NCBI GenBank assembly: GCA_048938005.1
Contig: JBHLMQ010000003.1
Span: 1-64,000, forward strand
DNA: 64,000 bases
Reading direction: 5' to 3'
From: Promethearchaeota archaeon
GTDB taxonomy: Archaea > Asgardarchaeota > Lokiarchaeia > Sigyniarchaeales > SOKP01
Shown here in pieces: positions 9,342 to 19,435 of the stretch. Below the pieces are notes generated by a model, which saw only the letters and a list, made by a program, of their open reading frames with translations, ran no database searches and had not been told where the DNA came from. Positions within the stretch are counted from its first letter, which is position 1. Each line of letters opens with the position of its first letter. The translations under genes and the position numbers were made by a program.

Positions 9342-10028
9342 ATGAACTCATCAAAACAAGAAGAATTAAGCCCCTCTAAACTAAGAAGGGAAAGAGAAAA
9401 AGAACAAAGACGAAATGTTATTATCGATGCAGCAGAAAAACTGTTTCTCTTTAAAGGATTTGAAAATACAACAATGAAACAAATAGCTAATGAAGCAGAA
9501 TTAGGTAAGGGGACATTATACAATTATTACAATTCAAAAGATGAATTATATATTGCTATTGGCATAAATGCTTATTCATTACTAATTAACTATACTCAGA
9601 AATTCATAGAGAAAGAAGAACCTGGTATAAAACAACTTATGGCAGTAGGATTTGCTTATTACGAATTTTCCAAAGATTATCCGAATTATGCTTCAATTTT
9701 TCACGATATTGCAAAAAAACTTCCTGATATCGTATCCAAGCTAAAGAATGAACTCTCCAATACTGAAAGAGAATATCTTGATTTAAGTAATAAATATCGT
9801 GATATTTTTGTGAATGTGTTAACAGATGCCGTAAAAACTAAGGCAATCCGGGCGGATAAACCTCCTTCTATGATCGGCTATGTTCTATCGACTATTACAA
9901 GGGGAATTGTTGAAGATCTAATGCACTCAAAAGATAGAGTAAAAAAAATCTTTAATTTAGAGCCAGATGATGTTATCAATTTTACTTTTGAATTAATTGC
10001 AGACGGATTAAAGCCAAGGGAATCATAA
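9342..10028 (+). CDS. TetR/AcrR-family transcriptional regulator
   Basis: IIDAAEKLF..KGFENTTMKQIANEAELGKGTLYNYYNSKDEL. Confidence 0.95.
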   Translation: MNSSKQEELSPSKLRREREKEQRRNVIIDAAEKLFLFKGFENTTMKQIANEAELGKGTLYNYYNSKDELYIAIGINAYSLLINYTQKFIEKEEPGIKQLMAVGFAYYEFSKDYPNYASIFHDIAKKLPDIVSKLKNELSNTEREYLDLSNKYRDIFVNVLTDAVKTKAIRADKPPSMIGYVLSTITRGIVEDLMHSKDRVKKIFNLEPDDVINFTFELIADGLKPRES

Positions 10029-10048
10029 AAAAAGAGGTGTAAGAAAAA

Positions 10049-10543
10049 ATGGTAAAAATTCTTGTCATCTACTACTCTCTCACAGGAAATACTAAGTTTA
10101 TTGCAGAAACAATCGCAAAATCAGTAGATGCTGATATTCTCGAGTTAAAACCTGTGAAAGAACTTAAAGCTGAAGGAGGAATGAAATACTTTTGGGGTGG
10201 ATTTCAAGCTACTATGAAAAAGAAGCCTAAATTACAACCATTCGACATCATGCTAAATGATTATGATTTATTCTTTATAGGATCACCTGTATGGGCATGG
10301 AGGCAATCTCCTCCAATTAATTCTTTCTTAAAAAAATTTGATCTTTCTGGAAGGAATGTCGCTCTTTGGATGTGTGCTGGAGGAGATGGAGTAAAATCAA
10401 TGATTCGATTTAAAGAAACCCTAAAAAATGCCAACATTTTGGGTGATATAAGTTTTCAAGAACCATTACAAGGAGAACCTGAACTAGTAAAAGAAAAAAC
10501 TGTAGCATGGGCAAAAGAAAATCTTCAAAAAGTTGTAATTTAA
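10049..10543 (+). CDS. Flavodoxin-like protein
   Basis: YYSLTGNTKFIA, YDLFFIGSPVW. Confidence 0.9.
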   Translation: MVKILVIYYSLTGNTKFIAETIAKSVDADILELKPVKELKAEGGMKYFWGGFQATMKKKPKLQPFDIMLNDYDLFFIGSPVWAWRQSPPINSFLKKFDLSGRNVALWMCAGGDGVKSMIRFKETLKNANILGDISFQEPLQGEPELVKEKTVAWAKENLQKVVI

Positions 10544-10593
10544 TCAGAATAAGAAAAAAATTGAAAATTCAACAAAATTAAAAGTGAATAGTA

Positions 10594-11388
10594 ATGACAA
10601 AACTTATAAAAAAATATCCTCTGATTAGCTATTCCATAATTGCTTATTTAGCTACATGGTTATTAGTAATGCCATTAGTATTAACTGGCTTAGGCATTTT
10701 ACATGTGAATATAATTTGGCATTTTTTAGGTCCACTAGGTCCAACAATATCTGCTATTATAGTAATATACATAACAAATAAAAAAGAAGGACTTATAAAG
10801 CTAAAAGAATCAATATTCAAATGGAGAATTGGCGTTTTTTGGATTCTTTTTTCTTCACTAATTATGCCAATTTTCTTAATGTTGACAATTTTCTTAAATT
10901 TAGCTTTTACAGGGAATTTTATTGATCTAGGTGCTTATCTTATTAATGAAGGAATTACTAACCCTATATCATTTTTAATTTGGATATGGATTGGAGCTAT
11001 ATCATATGGTATATTCGAAGAGATTGGATGGAGAGGATATGCTTTGCCTAAATTACAGGAAAAATATAGTCCATTAATATCAACAATTATCTTGGCAACT
11101 ATTTGGGCATTTTGGCATACGCCAATGTTCTTTTATAGATTAAGTATCAATATGGTATTTGGATGGTTTTTTGGATTAGTTCTTGGAGCAATAATCTTAA
11201 CCTTCATCTATAACAGCACTGGGGGAAGCACATTCGCAGCAATTCTTTTCCATACATCAAATAATATTTGCTGGTTATTTAATATCGCTGAGATTCAAAT
11301 ATATTTAACTATAATGTTAACTATTCTTGTTTTAATCATCTTGATTGTCTGGAAAAAGAGATTATCCACCAAAGAATTAACAGATTAA
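10594..11388 (+). CDS. CPBP/Abi (CAAX type II) intramembrane protease
   Basis: EEIGWRG, WAFWH, AILFHTSNN; multiple TM segments. Confidence 0.9.
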   Translation: MTKLIKKYPLISYSIIAYLATWLLVMPLVLTGLGILHVNIIWHFLGPLGPTISAIIVIYITNKKEGLIKLKESIFKWRIGVFWILFSSLIMPIFLMLTIFLNLAFTGNFIDLGAYLINEGITNPISFLIWIWIGAISYGIFEEIGWRGYALPKLQEKYSPLISTIILATIWAFWHTPMFFYRLSINMVFGWFFGLVLGAIILTFIYNSTGGSTFAAILFHTSNNICWLFNIAEIQIYLTIMLTILVLIILIVWKKRLSTKELTD

Positions 11389-11466
11389 AAAGGAATTAAT
11401 TATTTTATTTTTTTTTAAAATTTCGTTTTTAAAAGATAAATATTTAGTTTTTCCTTGAAAATAGAG

Positions 11467-11490
11467 CGTTATGTCTCACTGGTAATAACG
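11467..11490. promoter_or_regulatory. ModE-type operator upstream of tupA
   Basis: CGTTAT-gtctcactggta-ATAACG (perfect CGNTAT-N12-ATANCG), directly followed by tttaaat. Confidence 0.7.
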
Positions 11491-11549
11491 TTTAAATTTG
11501 AAGAATATTTTGAATTAATATTAAATCTACCTATAAAAATGCAAATAGT

Positions 11550-12584
11550 ATGTCAACAAGAAAAACATTAAAAACAATATTAAGTGAGCATAAAACAGCT
11601 ATTATTTTAGCTATGGTAATTATCGCGGGGGGTTCAGTTGGAGCATATTTTGCAATAGACTATTTAAATGCTCAAAATCCAGAAAAAATAACATTAGCAA
11701 CAACAACATCTACATATGATTCAGGATTATTAGACTATTTACTTCCAAAATTTACTGAACAAACTGGTATTCAAATTAAGGTGCTATCGGTTGGCACTGG
11801 AACCGCAATAACATATGGGAAGGATGGAAATGCCGATGTTATTCTCGTTCATTCAAGACCTAGAGAAGATGATTTTGTCAATGCAAGTCTTGGTGTTGAT
11901 GGGATTTCATTTGGAATTCATCGAGCTTGTGTAATGTTTAATGATTTTATAATCGTTGGACATTATTCAAATCCCGCTAATCTACTTCCTGGTGATAACA
12001 TAACCATTGTTATGACAAAATTAAGAGATGCAATAGATGCAGGGAACATGACTTTTTACTCTAGAGGCGATACATCCGGGACTTATTCAAAAGAACAAGA
12101 ATTATGGGCTAAAATAGGTGTTGATCCAGCAACAAAATGGAGTGGCCAACAAGATTATTACGCAGAAACTGGACAAGGCATGGCATCAACTTTATTAATT
12201 ACTTATGAAGATATCAATCCTGCCCATGAAGGATATACTCTTGTAGATAGGGGTACATGGTTATCTTTCAATGATACTTATACATCATTAAATATTTTAG
12301 CAGAATCCGTTGGTGATGAAAATATTTTGTTCAATCCATATGGTGTAATACCTGTTAATCCAGTTTTACATCCTCATGTAAAATATCTATCTGTATGTAG
12401 ATTTGTTGGTTTTCTAACATCGCCTTATGGTCAAGCACTCATTAATGCATATAAAAAAAATAATGCAATCCTATTTCATGCTAATTTCGGAATATGTAAT
12501 ATTAATAGCAATTGTACTACTACCGATGATGAAATCGCGATATGGACTCCCTTTCAAGCAGAATTTGCAGGTTTAACAGTATAA
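11550..12584 (+). CDS. tupA: Tungstate ABC transporter substrate-binding protein
   Basis: LATTTSTYDSGLL, VGTG.A, DVILVH, SRGDTSGT, GQGM, YTLVDRGTW; N-terminal TM anchor. Confidence 0.9.
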   Translation: MSTRKTLKTILSEHKTAIILAMVIIAGGSVGAYFAIDYLNAQNPEKITLATTTSTYDSGLLDYLLPKFTEQTGIQIKVLSVGTGTAITYGKDGNADVILVHSRPREDDFVNASLGVDGISFGIHRACVMFNDFIIVGHYSNPANLLPGDNITIVMTKLRDAIDAGNMTFYSRGDTSGTYSKEQELWAKIGVDPATKWSGQQDYYAETGQGMASTLLITYEDINPAHEGYTLVDRGTWLSFNDTYTSLNILAESVGDENILFNPYGVIPVNPVLHPHVKYLSVCRFVGFLTSPYGQALINAYKKNNAILFHANFGICNINSNCTTTDDEIAIWTPFQAEFAGLTV

Positions 12585-12656
12585 GAATTATTAATAATTT
12601 TTTTTTATTATATTTCTTATTTTTAATTAAATGAGAAAGAAATCTAAGGCGAAAAT

Positions 12657-13352
12657 ATGGCGAATGAAATTATAGAGGGAATATTAGAAGCAATACGTTT
12701 GATATTTACATTTGATCCAGAAGTTTGGGGAATTATTGCCGTTTCTTTTCGAGTGTCATTAACATCAACATTTCTAGCAGCTTTAGTGGCACTACCAATA
12801 GGTTCATTCATAGGCTTGAGGGAATTTAGAGGGAAAAAAACGTTAACAAATTTAATTAATACATTTATGGGATTTCCTCCAGTAGTTATGGGTTTAATAG
12901 TGTATTTATTACTCTCAAGAAATGGTCCATTTGGTGCTTTAGGGCTACTCTACTCAACAACTGCTATGATAATAGCTCAATTTCTTTTAGCAGTCCCAAT
13001 AATTATGGGTACAGCAAAAGCCGCTATTGAAAGTGTTGATCCTGCCTTAAAAGAAACAGTTCTTTCTCTAGGGGCAAATGAGCGTCAATTATGGTGGGAA
13101 TTAATAAAACAGTCAAAAAAATCTATTATTGCTGGATATCTAGTCGCTTTTGGCCAAGCAATTTCAGAGGTGGGAGCAGTCATGATTGTAGGAGGTAATA
13201 TTAGATGGGAAACAAGGACATTTACAACATCTATAGTACTTCAAACACGTATGGGAGAATTTGGAATGGCAATAGCTTTGGGTGTAATTCTTATTTTAAT
13301 AGCTTTTATTGTAAATTATGGAATGACTCGTTTGCAATCTAGAGGTGATTAG
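12657..13352 (+). CDS. tupB: Tungstate ABC transporter permease
   Basis: PPVVMGL, ISEVGAVMIVGGNI, TRT.TT.I. Confidence 0.9.
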   Translation: MANEIIEGILEAIRLIFTFDPEVWGIIAVSFRVSLTSTFLAALVALPIGSFIGLREFRGKKTLTNLINTFMGFPPVVMGLIVYLLLSRNGPFGALGLLYSTTAMIIAQFLLAVPIIMGTAKAAIESVDPALKETVLSLGANERQLWWELIKQSKKSIIAGYLVAFGQAISEVGAVMIVGGNIRWETRTFTTSIVLQTRMGEFGMAIALGVILILIAFIVNYGMTRLQSRGD

Positions 13353-14445
13353 CATGAAATTACTCGAAGTTAAAAACCTTAGTAAAGAATTTTATAAAGG
13401 AGATAAATCCGTAATAGAAGTTCTTTCCGATATCAATTTTATGGTTAAAAAAGGGGAATCATTTGTAATCATTGGCCCAAATGGGAGTGGTAAAACAACC
13501 TTATTAAGATTAATAGGTTTATTAGATTCACCAACGCAAGGGCAAATATTTTATAATGGAAGAAATTTAAGTAAAATTTCAAGGAAAGAACAAGTTAAAT
13601 ACCGAAGAAAATTCTCATTTGTTAGACAAAAACCTGTAGTACGAAATACAACAGTATTCAATAATATTGCATATGGTCTAAAGGCACGTGGTATTAAATA
13701 TGATGAATATAAGGAATCTGTGGATGAGATTATTGAATTCATAGGATTAAAAGGTATGGAGAAAAAAAATGCAAGATCGTTATCTGGTGGAGAAATGCAA
13801 CGTGTTGCGATTGCAATGAATTTTATTATTAATCCCGAGATTTATCTTTTAGATGAAGTTTCAGCTAATCTTGATTCAATGAATGTTAAATTATTAGATG
13901 ATTTTATCATGAAAATAAAGCAAGATAAAGAAAAAACTATTATTATGAGTACTCATGATCCCATTGAAGCAATAAAATATGCAGATCGTATCGCAGTACT
14001 CAAAAATGGACAAATAACTCAAATTGGAACCCCGAATGAAATATTTACAGCACCAAAGGATGAATTTACAGCACTTTTTGTTGGATATGAAAATATATTA
14101 TATGGAATAGCAGAATTAGATGAACCTACCGGCTTATCTCAGATTAAAGTAAATGATTTAATTATTACTGCATCAAGTCAGCAAGAGGGAGAAGTAAAAG
14201 TATGTATTCGACCAGAAAGTATTGGAATCGTTAAGGAACCTGCTAAGAACACGAGTTATAGAAATACATTCAAAGGTGTAATTGAAAATATCCGTGAATT
14301 AGGAAATATTTGTCATTTAATTGTTAGATGTAAATCTGAGAAGTTTTTAATAACAATAACTGAACTTTCGAAGAAAAATTTAGAATTAAAAATAGGATCT
14401 GAAGTATTTATCAATTTTAAAGCAACTGATGTCAAAATTTTGTAA
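13345..14445 (+). CDS. tupC: Tungstate ABC transporter ATPase with C-terminal TOBE region
   Basis: GPNGSGKT, LSGGE, LLDE, STHD; C-terminal IRPE and FKAT TOBE-like segments; alternative ATG at 13354. Confidence 0.85.
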   Translation: MISMKLLEVKNLSKEFYKGDKSVIEVLSDINFMVKKGESFVIIGPNGSGKTTLLRLIGLLDSPTQGQIFYNGRNLSKISRKEQVKYRRKFSFVRQKPVVRNTTVFNNIAYGLKARGIKYDEYKESVDEIIEFIGLKGMEKKNARSLSGGEMQRVAIAMNFIINPEIYLLDEVSANLDSMNVKLLDDFIMKIKQDKEKTIIMSTHDPIEAIKYADRIAVLKNGQITQIGTPNEIFTAPKDEFTALFVGYENILYGIAELDEPTGLSQIKVNDLIITASSQQEGEVKVCIRPESIGIVKEPAKNTSYRNTFKGVIENIRELGNICHLIVRCKSEKFLITITELSKKNLELKIGSEVFINFKATDVKIL

Positions 14446-14506
14446 AAATTTCAATGTTTCTATAGCCCTAATTTGGTTAAACAACAAATATGCTGTTTTA
14501 AATCAA

Positions 14507-15211
14507 CTAAATTCCTAAATATACTTTTCTTATTCGAGGTTCTTTTTCTAATTGTTCACTTGTTCCTCGTATTCTAATTCTTCCTTCTTCAAGTACATGA
14601 ATAGTATCTGCAACTTCCATTACTAAACGGATATCCTGTGCAGCTAATAAAGTGGTCATTCCTTCTTGCTTTATTCTTTGAATTGCACGAAATATATCTT
14701 TCTTTACTCTTGGAGCTAAAGCTAGTGAAGGTTCATCCAACAAGAGTAGTTTTGGATTTGCCATTAAAGCGCGAGCTATTGCAAGCATTTGTTGTTCACC
14801 ACCACTTAACGTTATTGCTCTTTGTTTTCTTCTCTCTTTTAATACAGGAAATATTTTATAGACTAAATCTATCAATTCCCTATATTTTTGCTTATCTTTT
14901 AATATATATGCCCCCATTCTGATGTTATCCGCAACATTCATGTTGTAAAATAATCTACGACGATCTGGACTCTGAGCTATTCCCTTTTTAGCTATTTTAT
15001 AAGGTTTTAGGCCATCTATTCTTTCACCAAGGTATATTATTTTTCCTCTGTCAGGTTTTTCTAAACCAGATATTAATCTAAGTACTGTTGATTTTCCAAC
15101 TCCGTTTGGACCAATAATGGCATTAAGAGTATTTTTTTCGATTTTTAAATTGAGTTCTTCAAGTACTTTTGCCTTTCCATAATAATGATATATTCTTTTT
15201 AATTCAAGCAT
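14507..15211 (-). CDS. LivF-like branched-chain amino acid ABC ATPase (orphan)
   Basis: GPNGVGKS, LSGGEQQMLAIARALM, LLDEPSLALAP, ends YLG; no partner genes adjacent. Confidence 0.85.
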   Translation of the reverse strand: MLELKRIYHYYGKAKVLEELNLKIEKNTLNAIIGPNGVGKSTVLRLISGLEKPDRGKIIYLGERIDGLKPYKIAKKGIAQSPDRRRLFYNMNVADNIRMGAYILKDKQKYRELIDLVYKIFPVLKERRKQRAITLSGGEQQMLAIARALMANPKLLLLDEPSLALAPRVKKDIFRAIQRIKQEGMTTLLAAQDIRLVMEVADTIHVLEEGRIRIRGTSEQLEKEPRIRKVYLGI

Positions 15212-15385
15212 TTTAATTACCTATATTTCTTCTGGAAGTTTCAGCATCGCTATTTTTTCTCTTGAAATAATGAAGAGTAACTATACTTCACTCTTTAACA
15301 TAGAAAAAATTTTATCATATGTTAAATTTTTCAAACAATTTTTTTTAAAAAGATATAGTTAAACTTATAAATTTTTAAGAATTTT

Positions 15386-15409
15386 CGATGTGTAAGGAGA
15401 GACATATCG
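15386..15409. promoter_or_regulatory. Second ModE-type operator upstream of moaC
   Basis: CGATGT-gtaaggagagac-ATATCG; its reverse complement CGATATGTCTC... matches the tupA site CGTTATGTCTC... at 10 of 11 positions; TATA-like ttataaat at 15365. Confidence 0.65.
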
Positions 15410-15421
15410 TATCTCATCAAA

Positions 15422-15859
15422 ATGATCGACATTTCTAAAAAAGATAAAATTCCGAGGATCGCAACGGCATCTGGAAGAATCAAACTTAAGAAGGAGACCA
15501 TTGAAAGAATTAAAAATAATCAAATTAAGAAAGGAGACGTTATTACTATAGCAAAAATTGCGGCAATAAATTCTGTTAAAAAAGTGCCTGATTTGATTCC
15601 TTTATGTCATCCGATTCCTATCAATAATATTGACATAGATGTTAAAATTGAAAACGACACAACTATAAAAGTTTCATGCAAAGTTAAAAGTATAGCCCAA
15701 ACAGGAGTTGAGATGGAGGCTTTAACTGGCGTTGGAGTTGCTCTCTTAAACATTTGGGATGTAGTGAAGATGTATGAGAAGGATGATAAAGGGCAATATC
15801 CTTCTACACAAATCTATGATATAAAAGTTGAGGAGAAAATCAAAGAACAGAGAGATTAA
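15422..15859 (+). CDS. moaC: Cyclic pyranopterin monophosphate synthase
   Basis: LIPLCHP, TGVEMEAL, WDVVK. Confidence 0.95.
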   Translation: MIDISKKDKIPRIATASGRIKLKKETIERIKNNQIKKGDVITIAKIAAINSVKKVPDLIPLCHPIPINNIDIDVKIENDTTIKVSCKVKSIAQTGVEMEALTGVGVALLNIWDVVKMYEKDDKGQYPSTQIYDIKVEEKIKEQRD

Positions 15860-15862
15860 AAT

Positions 15863-16783
15863 ATGAAAGATAAATCCAATAGAGAAATTAAGCACATTAG
15901 ATTTTCTATTACTTCCAAGTGTAATTATAATTGTATTTATTGCGATCAAGAGGGCTTTATACCTAAGACTTCAGAATTAACTGTAGATGAAATAACTAAA
16001 TTATGTAAAATTTTAGCTGAAATACTGAACGTAACTAGGATTAAATTCACAGGGGGAGAGCCCTTGTGCCGAGAAGAAATTATACAAATAATAAAGAATG
16101 TGTCTGATTTACATCTATATAAAGATATTTCTATGACTACCAATGGATTCCTCTTGTATGAAAAAGCGGAAGAGTTATATAAAGCTGGTTTAAAAAGGAT
16201 AAACATTTCTTTAGGATCTCTTAAACCAGACATATATAAAAAAATATACGATTCGGATTCTTTAGAAAAAATATTAAAAGGTTTACAAAAAGCAAAGGAA
16301 GTTGGATTTAATCCAATAAAACTAAATTTTGTTATAATGAAAGGGATTAATGATGATGAATTAGACACAATGATTGAATTTTGCGGAAAAAATGGATACA
16401 TCCTCCAGTTAATTGAATTACATGAGGTTTCAGATGCAGTGGGAGGGAATGGTGAATTTTATAAAAAACACCATTTAGATGTTAAACCAATTATAGAAGA
16501 GCTTGAATCGAGAGCTGAAAAAATATTAGTAAGAGGTTCTATGCAAAATCGTAAAGTATTCACATTGCCTAATTCAGCGATTGTTGAAACAATAGCTCCT
16601 GGCCATGAGTTTTGTATGGGCTGCACAAAATTGCGAGTGGGCTGTGATGGAGACCTATTTGGCTGTCTTTTTCGTTCTGATTTGGGTAAAAACCTAAAAG
16701 TAGCTCTCCATAATCATTATTCAATATCGAAATATGAACAAATTGTTAAACAAGTTGTAGATTCTCGAGAGCCATATTATTAA
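15863..16783 (+). CDS. moaA: GTP 3',8-cyclase (radical SAM)
   Basis: CNYNCIYC, TGGEP, TTNG, C-terminal FCMGC...GCL; archaeal-type REPYY end. Confidence 0.9.
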   Translation: MKDKSNREIKHIRFSITSKCNYNCIYCDQEGFIPKTSELTVDEITKLCKILAEILNVTRIKFTGGEPLCREEIIQIIKNVSDLHLYKDISMTTNGFLLYEKAEELYKAGLKRINISLGSLKPDIYKKIYDSDSLEKILKGLQKAKEVGFNPIKLNFVIMKGINDDELDTMIEFCGKNGYILQLIELHEVSDAVGGNGEFYKKHHLDVKPIIEELESRAEKILVRGSMQNRKVFTLPNSAIVETIAPGHEFCMGCTKLRVGCDGDLFGCLFRSDLGKNLKVALHNHYSISKYEQIVKQVVDSREPYY

Positions 16784-16805
16784 ATTTTACCAAAAATACA
16801 AAAAA

Positions 16806-17084
16806 ATGATAGTACAAGTTCTTTATTTTGCCGAATTTAAGGATATTACCTCCAAGGAAAAAGAGAATTTTGAAATAAATGGTAATTTGGGAGATTTATT
16901 AAATCAATTATTAAAAAAGTATGAACCTCTTCAACATTTAATATGGGATGAGAAGACTCAAAAAATTCACAATTTAATTTCAATAATAATTAATAATCAA
17001 GCTATTCATGAAAAGGATCCGTTAAAAATTAATTTGAAGGATGGAGATACATTAGCCTTCTTATTACCTGTCTCAGGAGGATAA
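16806..17084 (+). CDS. moaD: Molybdopterin synthase sulfur carrier
   Basis: VLYFA...LKDGD..AFLLPVSGG with C-terminal GG. Confidence 0.9.
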   Translation: MIVQVLYFAEFKDITSKEKENFEINGNLGDLLNQLLKKYEPLQHLIWDEKTQKIHNLISIIINNQAIHEKDPLKINLKDGDTLAFLLPVSGG

Positions 17085-17090
17085 AAGGAA

Positions 17091-17537
17091 ATGTATCCTA
17101 ATGAAGATATTGTTAAATCTGGCATTTATAATAAAGGAGAAATTGAATTAGAGAGCATTATTAGATCAATGAAGGCAAATCCTAAAATAAAGAAGGCAGG
17201 ATCTATTCACACATTTACTGGGATTGTGAGAGATAGTTCTATTAATGGCAAACCAGTAATTAAAATGAAAATTGATGCTTATGATGAATTAGCAAATAAA
17301 AGCATAATAAACATATGTGAAACACTGAAACGAGAAAAAGGAATTATTGATATTAAAATTATACACTTAAAAGGAGATTTTAATATATCTGAAGATCTTG
17401 TTTATGTTGTTGTAGCATCAGCACATAGAAAAGAAGGATTCGAAGTAATCAGTAAAGCAGTTGAAATGTATAAAAAAGAAATAACAGTATGGAAGAGAGA
17501 AGATTTTAATGATGGAACCTCAGAATGGATTCATTAA
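17091..17537 (+). CDS. moaE: Molybdopterin synthase catalytic subunit
   Basis: GSIHTFTGIVR, SAHRKEGF, VWKRE. Confidence 0.9.
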   Translation: MYPNEDIVKSGIYNKGEIELESIIRSMKANPKIKKAGSIHTFTGIVRDSSINGKPVIKMKIDAYDELANKSIINICETLKREKGIIDIKIIHLKGDFNISEDLVYVVVASAHRKEGFEVISKAVEMYKKEITVWKREDFNDGTSEWIH

Positions 17538-17605
17538 AAAAGGTCTATTGAAGATGAAATAATAATTTTTGAATATTTCAAATATAAATAAAAATAGATT
17601 TATCA

Positions 17606-18832
17606 ATGAAATTTCTAAAAACTATTAGTGTAGAAGAATTCAGGAATATATTAAATTCAATACAGAAGATAATAACAGATGAAGAACTTGTCACTTTAGA
17701 AGATTCTTTCAATAGAATTATTTCTAGGGATATCACTAGCAATATTAATGTACCACATTTTAGAAAATCAAGAATGGATGGATATGCTGTAATTGCGGAG
17801 GATACCTTTAGCGCCGAAGAAGATAATTTAGTTGAACTTGAATTAATAGAAACAATTCAAGCTGGAGATATTCCTCAAAAAAAGTTAAATAATAATCAAT
17901 GTTCTTATGTAGCGACAGGAGCTGCTGTTCCTGAAAACTCAAATGGTGTAGTAATGGTTGAATTCACAGAAATTGATGACATTAAAGTTCTAATTTCTAA
18001 AGCAGTAGCTCCGGGAACTAATATTATTGAGATTGGACATGATGTGAAAAAAGGCGAAATTATTGTTAAAAAAGATGTCTTAATTGATTTAGCAACAATC
18101 GGTATCCTTGCATCCTGTGGGATTAAGGAAGTTTGGGTATATAAGCAACCAATAGTTTCTCTTATGAGTACTGGTAATGAGATAATTAGCCAAGATTTAA
18201 AAGAACTAGAAGTTGGCAAAATATATGATGTAAATTCAATAGTACTTAAAAAAGCAATAGAAAATACTGGTGTTATTGTAAATTTTTTAGGAGTTATAAA
18301 AGATAATTATAATGATTTGAAGAAAGCTATGGATAACGCTTTAGAAAATAGTGATATTGTAATTCTATCCGGTGGGACATCTAAAGGTGAAGGTGATCTA
18401 GGGCCAAGAGTTTTGAATGAATACAATGATATTGAAATTCTAATCCACGGAGTTAAAATCAAACCAGGAAAACCAATTATTTTTGCGAAATTTAAGAAAA
18501 AGCTATTGTTTATCTTACCAGGGTATCCAACATCTGCATTAAGTTGCTTTTATGTATTTATTGATAACTTTCTAAGAAAAATATCAGGATTTCCTTTAAG
18601 AGACAAGTTTTCAAAAATAATAATAGTTGGTGAAAGAATATATAGCACAGTTGGTCGTCATGAGTTTAAAACAGTTAAAATTCAAGAAGAAGGTGGAGAA
18701 CTAAAAATTTTTCCTATTAAGACCGGTTCAGAAGCGATAAGTACGATGTTCTATGCTGATGGATATATAGAAATTGATGAACTTGAATCAATTATAGAAA
18801 AAGGAGATAAAAGAAAAGTCTATTTTTTCTAA
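17606..18832 (+). CDS. moeA: Molybdopterin molybdo/tungstotransferase, paralog 1
   Basis: SRMDGYAV, STGNE, SGGTSKG, IKPGKP, LPGYP. Confidence 0.9.
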   Translation: MKFLKTISVEEFRNILNSIQKIITDEELVTLEDSFNRIISRDITSNINVPHFRKSRMDGYAVIAEDTFSAEEDNLVELELIETIQAGDIPQKKLNNNQCSYVATGAAVPENSNGVVMVEFTEIDDIKVLISKAVAPGTNIIEIGHDVKKGEIIVKKDVLIDLATIGILASCGIKEVWVYKQPIVSLMSTGNEIISQDLKELEVGKIYDVNSIVLKKAIENTGVIVNFLGVIKDNYNDLKKAMDNALENSDIVILSGGTSKGEGDLGPRVLNEYNDIEILIHGVKIKPGKPIIFAKFKKKLLFILPGYPTSALSCFYVFIDNFLRKISGFPLRDKFSKIIIVGERIYSTVGRHEFKTVKIQEEGGELKIFPIKTGSEAISTMFYADGYIEIDELESIIEKGDKRKVYFF

Positions 18833-18868
18833 AAAAAAAAGTGTTAAATTAAAAAATATTTGAGATAA

Positions 18869-19429
18869 ATGAAAGAAAAACTAGAAGTTCATGAGCAACA
18901 TAAAAAGGAAGCTCCTACGGAAATAAATTTAGCGCTAGTCATAGTAAGTACAAGTCGATTTAATGAAATGAAATCTGGAAAAAGAAGTTCAGATAAAACA
19001 ATTCCTAAGGTGGAAAGATTACTGAAGAATAACCAATCAATTTCATTAGGTTTTACCAAAATTATACCAGATTCAGAAGAACAGATAAATAATGTATTAA
19101 TCGAAGTAATGAAAGATGATGTAATTGATTCTATCATCTTTAGCGGCGGTACCGGATTATCTCATAAAGATATAACATATGAAATTCTAGAACCTCGTTT
19201 AGAAAAAAAACTCAGTGGTTTTGGAGAACTCTTTAGAACTTTATCATACAATGAAATTGGCACTTCTGCCATATTATCAAGAGCTACCGCAGGGATTTTA
19301 AGGGGTAAAAAGAGAAATAAAGTTGTCTTTTTACTTCCAGGTTCTCCAAATGCCGTGAAGTTAGCTTTACAGCAAATAATAATTCCCGAATTGGGGCATA
19401 TTTTATATATAATCAATAAAGAAGAATGA
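18869..19429 (+). CDS. moaB: Molybdopterin adenylyltransferase (MoaB/MogA family)
   Basis: SGGTG...DITYE, GFGELFR, LSRA.AG, LPGSPNA. Confidence 0.9.
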   Translation: MKEKLEVHEQHKKEAPTEINLALVIVSTSRFNEMKSGKRSSDKTIPKVERLLKNNQSISLGFTKIIPDSEEQINNVLIEVMKDDVIDSIIFSGGTGLSHKDITYEILEPRLEKKLSGFGELFRTLSYNEIGTSAILSRATAGILRGKKRNKVVFLLPGSPNAVKLALQQIIIPELGHILYIINKEE

Positions 19430-19435
19430 AATCTT

